A stretch of DNA of 64,000 nucleotides from Anaerolineae bacterium (GTDB lineage: Bacteria; Chloroflexota; Anaerolineae; Anaerolineales; E44-bin32), in the NCBI GenBank assembly GCA_011174825.1, contig DUEZ01000065.1:4151-68150 (forward strand), given 5' to 3'. A model generated the notes under the pieces. The model ran no database searches. It saw nothing but the letters and a program-made list of their open reading frames with translations, and was not told the DNA's origin. Positions 46,619 to 55,561 of this stretch are shown here, piece by piece. The translations under genes were made by a program, and so were the position numbers. The stretch's first letter is position 1, and every line of letters begins with the position of its first letter.

Positions 46619-49114
46619 TCAACCAGCCGGTACTGTCTCATGGGCCTCTCTTGTCGGCTCAGTTTCCACCCGGCGTAAAACCACCTCTTCATCCTCGGCG
46701 TCGATTAGAATGGTGTCGCCACGTTCAAATTCCCCAGCCAGCAGGGAATCCGAAAGCTGATCTTCGATCTTATTTTGAATCACCCTACGTAGAGGGCGAG
46801 CCCCCATCTCGGGGTCGTAACCCAGATCAGCCAACAAGGATCGACCTGCTTCACTGGTTTGAAGGGTAATTTCATACTCTCCCAACCGCACCGCTACCTT
46901 CGCCAACTCGAGGTCGACAATCTGGGCGATTTGATCTCTTGTCAGAGCGTGGAAGACGATGGTGGCGTCCACACGGTTGAGAAATTCAGGGCGAAAGACC
47001 TTACGCAATGCATCCATCAGCTTCTTGCGCATTTCGTCGTAAGCCAGGCGTTCTTCGATCTCCTCGTCTCTATCAAGCGCGAAGCCAATTTGAGATTGCC
47101 GTCTAATCATCTCCGCTCCGACATTGGAAGTCATCACAACGATCGCATTGCGGAAATCAACCGTTCGCCCGCGCGCGTCCGTAAGATGCCCCTCCTCCAT
47201 GATCTGGAGCAGCATGTTATGAGCCTCAGGATGCGCTTTCTCAACCTCGTCAAAGACCACAATCGAGTATGGGCGACGTCGGATGGCTTCTGTCAGCTGA
47301 CCAGCGTCATCATAACCGATATAACCGGGTGGCGCACCGACCAAACGGCTGACGCTGTGCCGTTCCATGAACTCTGACATGTCCATCTGGATCAATGCAT
47401 CTTCACTGCCGAAGATGAATTCCGCCAATGCCTTGGTGAGCTCGGTTTTACCCACGCCAGTTGGACCAAGGAAAACAAAGGATCCAATCGGTCGTGTCGG
47501 GTCTTTTAAGCCAGCTCGTGCTCGACGAACGGCCTTTGAGATGGTCTCGATCGCCTCATCCTGGCCGATAATGCGTTGATGCAGCGCCTCTTCCATCCGC
47601 AACAGGTGCTCGGATTCCTCCTTAGCCAGTTGCATCACAGGCACACCGGTCCACATTGAGACCACTTCAGCGACATCATCGGCTGTAACCTGAGGCCCGT
47701 CTCCCTTTCGGTTCCAAGCGGTTCGTAATTGTCCAAGTTCTTCTTCAAGTTCAGCTTCTCGCTCTATCAGCTCCTGAACCTCGTCATGGCGCGCTTCTTC
47801 GACCGCTTGAGCATGCGCTTCACGTGTTTGTCTCAGGTCGGTGATGACCTTCTTTAGTGAAATCGCCTCTGGGCTTTTGTACATCCGAACGCGTGAAGCT
47901 GCCTCATCAATTAAGTCTACGGCTTTGTCTGGTAAAAAACGATCGGTCACGTAGCGGGAAGAGAGGTGCACCGCTGCTTCCAACGCATCGTCCGAAATGT
48001 TTAAATTATGGTGCTCCTCATAGGGACGTCGAATACCGCGTAAAATCTCGATCGCCTCCTCAACGGTGGGTTCGTCCACCATCACCGGCTGGAAACGCCG
48101 CTCCAACGCGGCATCGTTCTCGATGTGTTTTCGATATTCGTCCATCGTGGTCGCGCCGATAACCTGTAACTCGCCACGTGCCAGGGCAGGCTTGAGGATA
48201 TTGGCCGCGTCCACCGATGAGCCGGCCGATCCGGCGCCCACTAACATATGGACCTCATCAATAAAGAGAATAGACCTGGACGATTTCAACTCATCGATCA
48301 CCCGTTTGAGGCGCTCTTCAAACTGGCCCCGGTACATCGTCCCTGCCACCAAGGAACCCACATCCAACTGAAGCAAACGCTTCTCGAGCAACGGTCCGGG
48401 GGTCTCACCAGCGACAATATGTTGGGCAAGTCCCTCGACGATAGCCGTTTTGCCTACACCAGGCTCACCGATTAGGGCCGGGTTGTTCTTGGTACGTCGA
48501 GCGAGGATCTGAATCACGCGCTCGATCTCCTGCTCGCGACCAATGACTGGATCTAGCTTGCCATCCTCCGCTAACAATGTCAGATCTGTTGCCAATTGAT
48601 CAACGAGAGGGGTTTTCTGTTCTTGCTCTTTTCGTGCTACGCCTGTCGGACGAGCCGTTCGACGGGCGGGGCTTTCCTGAAGAATCCTGCTGGTCTGGCG
48701 ACGGATCTGTTCTGGCGTAATGCCTAAACGGCGTAAGACATCAAGCCCCACGCCCTCTCCTTGACGTACCAAACCCAGCAATAGGTGTTCCGTGCCGATG
48801 TAATGGTGTTCCATCCGTCGCGCTTCCTCAATGGCGATCTGCAACACCTGCTCGGTCCCTGGAGCAAGCTCAATCCGACCTCCAATGTGCCGGCCGATCC
48901 CCGTGAGGCGTTCAACCATCTCTTTCACACGTCCCAGGTCGAGACCCAACTCTCGTAAAACACGGCCGGCTACTCCACCCTCCTCACGAATCAAACCGAG
49001 TAGCAGATGCTCGGTTCCAATGTAACCATGATGCATCCTCTCGGCTTCTTCATGAGCTAGACTCAACACTCGTCGAGCCCTTTGGGTAAAACGTTCCATA
49101 TTATCCGCCACCAA
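46619..49114 (-). CDS. clpC: ATP-dependent Clp protease ATP-binding subunit ClpC (class III Hsp100)
   Basis: The 831-aa ORF has N-terminal Clp repeat domains (FTQRARRVL...GTEHLLLGL, twice), a UVR-like linker, and two AAA+ modules ([18 protein letters not shown]). The GTG start at 49114 follows GGAGG. It is followed by radA, as in Firmicutes. Confidence 0.95.
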   Translation of the reverse strand: MVADNMERFTQRARRVLSLAHEEAERMHHGYIGTEHLLLGLIREEGGVAGRVLRELGLDLGRVKEMVERLTGIGRHIGGRIELAPGTEQVLQIAIEEARRMEHHYIGTEHLLLGLVRQGEGVGLDVLRRLGITPEQIRRQTSRILQESPARRTARPTGVARKEQEQKTPLVDQLATDLTLLAEDGKLDPVIGREQEIERVIQILARRTKNNPALIGEPGVGKTAIVEGLAQHIVAGETPGPLLEKRLLQLDVGSLVAGTMYRGQFEERLKRVIDELKSSRSILFIDEVHMLVGAGSAGSSVDAANILKPALARGELQVIGATTMDEYRKHIENDAALERRFQPVMVDEPTVEEAIEILRGIRRPYEEHHNLNISDDALEAAVHLSSRYVTDRFLPDKAVDLIDEAASRVRMYKSPEAISLKKVITDLRQTREAHAQAVEEARHDEVQELIEREAELEEELGQLRTAWNRKGDGPQVTADDVAEVVSMWTGVPVMQLAKEESEHLLRMEEALHQRIIGQDEAIETISKAVRRARAGLKDPTRPIGSFVFLGPTGVGKTELTKALAEFIFGSEDALIQMDMSEFMERHSVSRLVGAPPGYIGYDDAGQLTEAIRRRPYSIVVFDEVEKAHPEAHNMLLQIMEEGHLTDARGRTVDFRNAIVVMTSNVGAEMIRRQSQIGFALDRDEEIEERLAYDEMRKKLMDALRKVFRPEFLNRVDATIVFHALTRDQIAQIVDLELAKVAVRLGEYEITLQTSEAGRSLLADLGYDPEMGARPLRRVIQNKIEDQLSDSLLAGEFERGDTILIDAEDEEVVLRRVETEPTREAHETVPAG

Positions 49115-49220
49115 AAACCTCCACCATGTCCTTAATAATCCTCGTACCTGTTTCCCATTCTACCAAAATTTCTAGAAAAGCCTCTTAGAACCAATGTCCC
49201 GTCATTTATAACTATGACAC

Positions 49221-49328
49221 CACTAAAAAAGGTCAACATCCAGAAGGGGACTGATATGTGTTGGGTTGCGGGTTAAGCCCGCAACCCAACACATACCCCT
49301 CCCTACTCCTCGAGCGTTTTTTTTAGTG
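49221..49328. repeat. MITE-like nested-palindrome element, copy 4
   Basis: It has the termini CACTAAAAAAGGTC / CGTTTTTTTTAGTG and the core ATATGTGTTGGGTTGCGGG-TTAA-GCCCGCAACCCAACACATA. Confidence 0.7.
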
Positions 49329-49330
49329 TA

Positions 49331-49380
49331 ATTAACAACAAAACGGTCGGAGGCATTTCTTTCTGGACTACCCGACCGTC
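49331..49380 (-). terminator. Possible intrinsic terminator downstream of rpsA
   Basis: An 8-bp stem (ACGGTCGG / CCGACCGT) with a long 21-nt loop, followed on the minus strand by TTTGTTGTT. Confidence 0.4.
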
Positions 49381-49383
49381 AGA

Positions 49384-51360
49384 TTACTTACCTTCGTCCT
49401 CGTCGTCCACAACCTCGCTGACAGCCTCTTCATCAACTGGGGGAATGCCACCCTCAACCTCACCTTCAACAGTTATCTCGGCTGCTGGGTTCCCTTCACC
49501 AAGCGCTGCGGCTTCGGGTACCGCTTCCTGCTCATCCAACGCTGTATCCTCGGAGAGCTGTGCGCTCGGCTCGACACCCTCTTCGGTTTTCGTTTCTTCT
49601 TCTGATCCTGGATCCAAATCCTCGGAGATGTCTTCCAACGACTCCACTTCATCGACAACTTCGTCTACCTGCTCCGCTTCTATCTCTTGGTCAACGATTT
49701 CCTCGACCTCTTCCAATTGGGTCTCGAGACCAACCTGGTCAGCTTCAGCGATGATTTCCTCTTCGAACATGTCGGGGTCTGCTGCCACTTCTTCGACGAT
49801 CTCTTCCTGCTCCTGTGCAAGTGCTTCCGAGGATTCAAGCTCTTCACCCTCGATCTCAACCACCGCGTCAATCTCCCCAATATCCTCCGCCGTTGCCATA
49901 GCTATCTCTTCAACAGGAGTGGCGTCCTCGATCTGCGCCTCGGGAACCAAGACCTGGTCACCCTCGGCCTCCGGTTCCTCAGATTGAGCCACTTCGACCA
50001 TTAATTCGGACTCATCCATACCCTCAGCTTCGGCTTCTAACGCCGCATCGAAGTCCTCGACATCTTCTGTCAGACGAACGCTGATCCCTTCTTCGCCTAA
50101 GTCGTCAATCTCCTGCATCGCGGCTTGCAAATCTTGCTCCGCATACTCCACCGAATCAACCCGTTTGAGACTGAGCCCGATTCGCCGTCGGTCACGCTCT
50201 AGTTTGATTACCCGCAAGGTTAATTCCTGACCCTCCTGTACAATCTCGCGGGGATGTTCGATGCGTTTATCAGAGAGCTCTGATATGTGTATCAAACCCT
50301 CGATGTCGTATTCCTCTGTTCCCACAAGCGAAGCGAAAGCACCGAATCGGGTGAGTTTCGTGATGGTTCCTTCGATGAGTTGTCCTTCGCGGTAATTCCC
50401 GAGGATGCTTTCCCAGGGATCGGCCTCGAGCTCTCGCAGTGACAGGCTGATACGCTTGCGAGAGGGGTCAACCCCTAGCACTTTCACTTCAACCTTCTGA
50501 CCAACTTTCAGTAGCTCGCGAGGGTGTGAAATACGCTTCCAGGATATTTCTGACATGTGGACAAGTCCGTCCGCTCCACCGATATCGATGAAGGCCCCGA
50601 AATCAGCCAGGCTGATGACATGACCCGTGCGGATCTCCCCTGGTTTTAGTTCGCTGATCAAACGCTCCTTAAGAATATCTCGCGCCTCGCGCGCCGCCGA
50701 TCTTTCAGACATGATGAGTCGATTACGACGCCGATCAACCTCGATCACTTTCGCCATGATCGGTTCACCGATCATCTTGCCCCAACGTTGATCAGGCGAA
50801 TTCCCATGAGCTCGCCGCCGTCGAGAAAGGCTCACTTGCGAAGCGGGCACAAATCCCCTCAGGCGACCGACCTTGATGATCAATCCACCCTTATTGAAAC
50901 CACTGATAATCCCCTCATATAGGCTCTGATCGGTAAGCAACTTTTCTGCTTCCCGCCAATCGTTCTCTTCTTCGGCTCGTACGATGGAAAGTAGAAGCGC
51001 CCCGTCTCGACCCCCGGAGCGCAAAACATAAACATCGACCTCTTGACCAATGGTTAATTCTTCTCGACGCTCAATCGTTAGCTTTTCAAGTTCACGGGCG
51101 GGGATCACACCTTCGGACTTTGCACCAACGTCTACCAAGATATCTGTCTCGGTTACCCGAGCTATCGTTCCCTTTCGAAGTTCACCCCTTCTGGGCATCT
51201 CGAGTTCATACGAATCCGAATCGAGCAAGACATCCATAGGATGCGTATCTAGTTCTTTGTATTCCCCTGAATCTGGCGTAGAAGGCACGGCATCATTGCC
51301 AGTGACCTCCTCGTTCGGCTCGGTCAACGCAGTTTTCTCCACACGATAAGATGAGCGCAT
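49384..51360 (-). CDS. rpsA: 30S ribosomal protein S1 with a ~250-aa acidic low-complexity C-terminal extension
   Basis: It has four S1/OB repeats (G.I..V....I.VD.G.K.EG.I pattern). After ..GLSLKRVDS the sequence becomes extremely Glu/Asp/Val/Ala-rich through to the stop. Confidence 0.9.
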   Translation of the reverse strand: MRSSYRVEKTALTEPNEEVTGNDAVPSTPDSGEYKELDTHPMDVLLDSDSYELEMPRRGELRKGTIARVTETDILVDVGAKSEGVIPARELEKLTIERREELTIGQEVDVYVLRSGGRDGALLLSIVRAEEENDWREAEKLLTDQSLYEGIISGFNKGGLIIKVGRLRGFVPASQVSLSRRRRAHGNSPDQRWGKMIGEPIMAKVIEVDRRRNRLIMSERSAAREARDILKERLISELKPGEIRTGHVISLADFGAFIDIGGADGLVHMSEISWKRISHPRELLKVGQKVEVKVLGVDPSRKRISLSLRELEADPWESILGNYREGQLIEGTITKLTRFGAFASLVGTEEYDIEGLIHISELSDKRIEHPREIVQEGQELTLRVIKLERDRRRIGLSLKRVDSVEYAEQDLQAAMQEIDDLGEEGISVRLTEDVEDFDAALEAEAEGMDESELMVEVAQSEEPEAEGDQVLVPEAQIEDATPVEEIAMATAEDIGEIDAVVEIEGEELESSEALAQEQEEIVEEVAADPDMFEEEIIAEADQVGLETQLEEVEEIVDQEIEAEQVDEVVDEVESLEDISEDLDPGSEEETKTEEGVEPSAQLSEDTALDEQEAVPEAAALGEGNPAAEITVEGEVEGGIPPVDEEAVSEVVDDEDEGK

Positions 51361-51443
51361 TATAAAGGTGAACCACGGTCTTGTAAACCTTGGACATTTT
51401 GGCCCACTCTTGTTAGGGTATAATCCCCCTGGAGACGCTTTTT

Positions 51444-52541
51444 ATGGCCTTTGTCTACCCCTTCACAGCTATCGTAGGTCAAGAGCGCATGAGACGTGCG
51501 CTGGTTCTGAATGCTGTCAACCCCCGCATCGGTGGCGTTTTGATACGCGGCGAGCGTGGTACCGCTAAGTCCACAGCTGCCCGTGCGCTGGCGGCTCTTC
51601 TTCCCGAGGTCCAAGTCGTAGCAGACTGTCGTTTCGGATGCGCTCCGGACCAACCCACAACATGGTGCACCGAATGCAAGGAGCGCGTCGCGAACGGCGA
51701 GAAATTACCGGTCGAAATGCGACGGACTTCTTTCATCGACCTTCCCGTCTCAGCAACGGAAGATCGAGTAGTGGGCACCCTAGATATTGAACGAGCGATC
51801 AAGGAGGGTGAACGGCACTTCGAGCCGGGCGTGCTCGCCGCAGCTAATCGCGGCTTGCTCTACATCGATGAGGTCAACCTCCTCGACGATCACGTTGTAG
51901 ATTTGCTACTCGATTCAGCCGCCCTTGGCATGAATATCATCGAGCGAGAGGGTATCTCCTTCAGCCACCCGGCTCGTTATATCCTGGTAGGCACAATGAA
52001 TCCCGAAGAGGGCGATCTCAGGCCTCAATTGCTTGATCGATTTTCGCTCTCGGTACAAATCCGCGGTCTGCCACACCCACGCGACCGAGTAGCGATCATT
52101 GAACGTAACCTAGCCTTTGAGGACAGCCCAGATGCGTTCAGGGAGCATTGGATGGAGCAGGAGCGCTCACTGTCCCAGACCATTGAAGCCGCCCGCAAAC
52201 TCGTGGGTAACGTCGCATATACGAAGCGCGATCTGCATGCCATCGCGGCGCTGACCTCCTCGCTTGAGGTTGATGGACATCGGGCAGACCTAGTGATTCT
52301 GAAAGCTGCGCGTGCGCACGCAGCCTTCGAAGGCCGCACAGAGATCAACGATCGCGACATCGCACTGGCTGCAGAACTCGCACTTCCGCATCGTCTACGC
52401 CGCGGGCCGTTCCAACAAGTTGAAGTGAGCCCAGAGGATCTGCAAGCGCGTATCGAGCAAATCCAAGCTCAGTTCGGCAATGAAGAGGTCGACCCTACTC
52501 CTACTGAAGAGCCCATTCCCGATAAAAAAAAACTGAACTAA
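51444..52541 (+). CDS. ChlI/BchI-type AAA+ ATPase (Mg-chelatase subunit I-like)
   Basis: YPFTAIVGQERMRRALVLNAVNPRIGGVLIRGERGTAKST is the canonical ChlI/BchI N-terminus. It has Walker B LLYIDEVNLLDDH. It carries a Cys-x3-Cys...Cys-x2-Cys insert (CRFGCAPDQPTTWCTEC). Confidence 0.85.
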   Translation: MAFVYPFTAIVGQERMRRALVLNAVNPRIGGVLIRGERGTAKSTAARALAALLPEVQVVADCRFGCAPDQPTTWCTECKERVANGEKLPVEMRRTSFIDLPVSATEDRVVGTLDIERAIKEGERHFEPGVLAAANRGLLYIDEVNLLDDHVVDLLLDSAALGMNIIEREGISFSHPARYILVGTMNPEEGDLRPQLLDRFSLSVQIRGLPHPRDRVAIIERNLAFEDSPDAFREHWMEQERSLSQTIEAARKLVGNVAYTKRDLHAIAALTSSLEVDGHRADLVILKAARAHAAFEGRTEINDRDIALAAELALPHRLRRGPFQQVEVSPEDLQARIEQIQAQFGNEEVDPTPTEEPIPDKKKLN

Positions 52542-52603
52542 CCGGTGAGGTCGTCGAAGACACCGAAGAAAAGGGACAGGCCGAACCTACCCGGCAGTCC
52601 ACC

Positions 52604-53491
52604 TTGGATTCCCTTCAAGCACGCTGGTGGGAGGGCGGCGACAAAGTCAAGATAGGCAAGACCTTCGTTCCAAGACACATCGAAGGTCAGCTTGATCGCC
52701 TCACCCGCCGGCAAGGCGGACGTCGTACCAGAACACGGACCGAACGCAAACGCGGTCGATACATTACCGCTCGTCCCGCTGATGGAACGACCTCCGACAT
52801 CGCCTTTGACGCAACCTTCCGGGCGGCTGCGCCATACCAGCGCCGACGTGAGGAACAGCGGAAGAAGGTAGCCTTCGCAATCCAACCTACAGATCTCCAG
52901 CGTAAGGTGAGAGTACGCAAAGCCGCCAACCTGATCCTCTTCGTCGTGGATGCATCGTGGTCGATGGCCGTTGCCGAGCGTATGTCGGCTACCAAAGGGG
53001 CGATTCTCTCTTTATTGGCCGATGCCTACCAACATCGGGACAGGGTCGGACTGGTGGTCTTCCAGAAGGATCGCGCATTGACCGTGCTCCCACCAACCAA
53101 TTCCATTCAGTTGGCACAACGAGCATTGGCTGATATCCCCGTGGGTGGCAAAACCCCGCTTTCGGCTGGGCTTCAACTAGCTTTTGAAATATTTAAAAAG
53201 GAGATGATCATTCACAAGGATGTATTACCGCTTATGATCATGCTTACCGACGGGGCGGGAAACGTCTCGATGGGCAATCAACCTCCACAGGAGGAAGCTC
53301 ACCAAATCGCCGATCAGATCCGAAAGGCCGAGATTCGTTCCGTCGTGATCAATATGGAACATGCCGCTTTTGACCAAGGGTTGGCAAATGCACTTGCTGA
53401 CCACTTGGGCGGTCCTTGCTACACGCTTCATGAACTCAAGGCGGATCACCTGTACCGTGCCGTTCGCCAAGAATTAAATGGTGGGGGCTGA
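52604..53491 (+). CDS. VWA-domain protein resembling the C-terminal half of Mg-chelatase subunit D
   Basis: A basic linker (RGRYITARP...DIAFDATFRAAAPYQ) precedes a VWA domain with a MIDAS motif (VVDASWSM, a DxSxS motif; the later T and D are also present). The TTG start is uncertain. Confidence 0.75.
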   Translation: MDSLQARWWEGGDKVKIGKTFVPRHIEGQLDRLTRRQGGRRTRTRTERKRGRYITARPADGTTSDIAFDATFRAAAPYQRRREEQRKKVAFAIQPTDLQRKVRVRKAANLILFVVDASWSMAVAERMSATKGAILSLLADAYQHRDRVGLVVFQKDRALTVLPPTNSIQLAQRALADIPVGGKTPLSAGLQLAFEIFKKEMIIHKDVLPLMIMLTDGAGNVSMGNQPPQEEAHQIADQIRKAEIRSVVINMEHAAFDQGLANALADHLGGPCYTLHELKADHLYRAVRQELNGGG

Positions 53492-53641
53492 TCCATAACT
53501 GGGGTAGGGCAACGATCTCTCTGTACCCCAATTCTCACATGAAATCAATGCGGTAAATACGCAGTGTGTCCGATTTCTTCGTGGGGATGAAGTGCGGGAA
53601 ACGCACCCCGAGCATATCGAAGGGTGCGTTTTACTGTTATC

Positions 53642-53670
53642 CGTCATCCTTCGACATGCTCAGGATGACG
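53642..53670. repeat. Short hairpin CGTCATCCT..GCTCAGGATGACG
   Basis: It has the same arm sequence family as 37562-37659. Confidence 0.5.
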
Positions 53671-53694
53671 TTCTTTCCTGAGTTCAGGGGAATT

Positions 53695-53788
53695 TCCCCT
53701 CTCCCCTATGGGGAGAGGGTTAGGGTGAGGGGAGCTTGATGGGAGAAACACACCCTCACCCCGGCCCTCTCCCTATAAGGGAGAGGGG
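53695..53788. repeat. CCCTCTCCC / GGGTGAGGG paired-hairpin intergenic repeat
   Basis: CCCCTCTCCCCTATGGGGAGAGGGTTAGGGTGAGGGGA ... ACCCTCACCCCGGCCCTCTCCCTATAAGGGAGAGGGG. It parallels 33508-33617. Confidence 0.65.
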
Positions 53789-53938
53789 GTTGATTCCCAA
53801 AGTTGGTCCTCAAGCAATTCCCATCAACCCACAACTTCAACGGGCACCTCCCCGCGAGCTTAAAGCTCGCGGGGAGGTCGTCTATGGCTTGAAGCTTGCG
53901 ACTTGTGGCTTGTGGCTTACAATTCGTTTGATGCTATC

Positions 53939-55174
53939 TTATCCAGGCCCCGATTTCCTCGCCAAGCGTGCTAGACGATGCTCGATTTCCGCCCAGACTT
54001 GGTCCCTTCGCCAATCGTCCTCCCAATGAGATAGGCAGACGAGAGCTTCTTGGGCCCAATGTTGCGCCTGCGCAAGATCGTTCGCGTGCCACTCGTAATA
54101 TTTGGCTAATTCCACACAGGGTCTTGGATCATCTGGAGCTATGCTGTGTAATGTTTGCCATTGCTCGACCGCTTCCTCACGTCGATCTTGACCTTTGAGA
54201 TATGTAGTATAGCGATGAAGGGCATCAATGCGCACATCCAGCTTGGAACTCTTAATCGCCCGCAGGAAAGCATCTTCAGCCGCTTCCAACCTTCCGACTT
54301 CATGATGCCAACGAGCGACCGCGAGCGCCTCCGCCCCAGACAACTTCGAGGAATCCTGAGACTGATGGCGACTTAGGATCTGCGTGGCGAGGCCGACCAA
54401 TGTCAATATGTCCACCGCGTTGTGATAGACGATCCTTGCCATCTGGCTGGCATCACCACTACGAAGATAGTCGAGATAAAGACCTGGGATCAACGCCCCT
54501 GGCACGTCCTCCTCGGTCCGATGTACATCCAATTGCATTTTTTCGATCGTACCAAGCGTGCAGTCAGGTAGACTCATACGCCACAAGCGTCGTGCGGGGT
54601 GCAACAGATCGAACTGCGGCCAGGTGCTTAACGACCAATGGTGCCGCAATCCGAGCATATAACGCATTTCCAATAGAGGAAGATCAAACGCCCGTCCATT
54701 GTAGCTCACGAAACCTTCTGCCGATTCAAGATCCCCTTGTAAGGCAGACAACATTCCACGCTCTTCGCCTGGATCCCTTAAGAAGTACTGATGGAGCACG
54801 AACGAGTCATCCGTAAAGGCGCCTACCCCTATCATAAAAGCGATCGTACCAGCACCACCCACCAGACCGGTGGTTTCTGTGTCGATAAATGCCAACCGTT
54901 CGATCGAGATCTCACCCAAGCTTGGTTGGCGGGCAACCTCCGCCGCAATTGATGTGTCGTAGTCAAGGATTTCGGATAGCCGGCTCCTGCCATGCAGATA
55001 ATCCATCGGGTATTGGGTCTGGATGAGAAAGGTGGTGCCAAAGGGCGTGTCGATCTCTTCCCCAGGAGGTAAGCCACTGCGGGGAAGCACAGGCTCGCTA
55101 TCGACCTTCAAAGTAGGACTACGACGCTTTCGATCCAATCGTCCTAGCCGTCGGCGTAAAGTTTCATCACCCAC
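53939..55174 (-). CDS. RNase H-fold (DEDD/YprB-like) exonuclease domain protein with C-terminal TPR-like repeats
   Basis: It has LAFIDTETTGL (the Exo I motif), YNGRAFDLP, and HNAVDIL (Exo III-like). The C-terminal helical repeats are (ALAVARWHH..GRLEAAEDAFLRAI..). Confidence 0.6.
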   Translation of the reverse strand: MGDETLRRRLGRLDRKRRSPTLKVDSEPVLPRSGLPPGEEIDTPFGTTFLIQTQYPMDYLHGRSRLSEILDYDTSIAAEVARQPSLGEISIERLAFIDTETTGLVGGAGTIAFMIGVGAFTDDSFVLHQYFLRDPGEERGMLSALQGDLESAEGFVSYNGRAFDLPLLEMRYMLGLRHHWSLSTWPQFDLLHPARRLWRMSLPDCTLGTIEKMQLDVHRTEEDVPGALIPGLYLDYLRSGDASQMARIVYHNAVDILTLVGLATQILSRHQSQDSSKLSGAEALAVARWHHEVGRLEAAEDAFLRAIKSSKLDVRIDALHRYTTYLKGQDRREEAVEQWQTLHSIAPDDPRPCVELAKYYEWHANDLAQAQHWAQEALVCLSHWEDDWRRDQVWAEIEHRLARLARKSGPG

Positions 55175-55451
55175 AGGATTAATGCCTCACCCTCGTTTAA
55201 TCAAAAACCATCATAAAGAGAACCTAAACCTGCCTTAGTCCTGCGCAGTCAAATACCTTCCTCACTCGTTACAGTATCTCGATATCACAAACTCCCATCA
55301 GGTACCTGCATTCGATCCTCGCGTGGGATGAAAGTCACTTTTTCACGATGACCTTCAACAATGGTCTGGTACTTGTTGAGGGGATATTATAGCGCACGGA
55401 GACGGGAGACTTAGCATCACAACGTTCATCGCTGTCTCCTCCTTTGGCGAA

Positions 55452-55504
55452 AGCCTCCGCCGGGCAATCCCCTCACCGCCCCGGCGGAGGCTTCTTTTTT
55501 TTAT
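55452..55504 (+). terminator. Strong intrinsic terminator oriented on the plus strand (12-bp stem plus T-run)
   Basis: AGCCTCCGCCGG (55452-55463) pairs with CCGGCGGAGGCT (55481-55492) around a 17-nt loop, followed by TCTTTTTTTTTATT. No annotated plus-strand gene lies upstream. Confidence 0.6.
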
Positions 55505-55561
55505 TCCCGTGCTTTTCGCTAGATCGTGCTCGCCCTCCCCTTCTATGGACCCTCTTCTGAT

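Noticed and set aside
49115-49383. Possible CtsR operator upstream of clpC (GGTCAAC at about 49231)
   Set aside because: Only a single heptad resembles the GGTCAAA direct-repeat consensus, and it lies inside a MITE-like repeat terminus. There is no tandem second heptad with the right spacing.
49445-50004. Ser-rich 180-aa and other ORFs antisense to rpsA
   Set aside because: They are a mirror-image artefact of the GAA/GAG/GAC-rich acidic tail codons, since the reverse complement gives TTC/CTC/GTC and Ser codons in the shifted frame.
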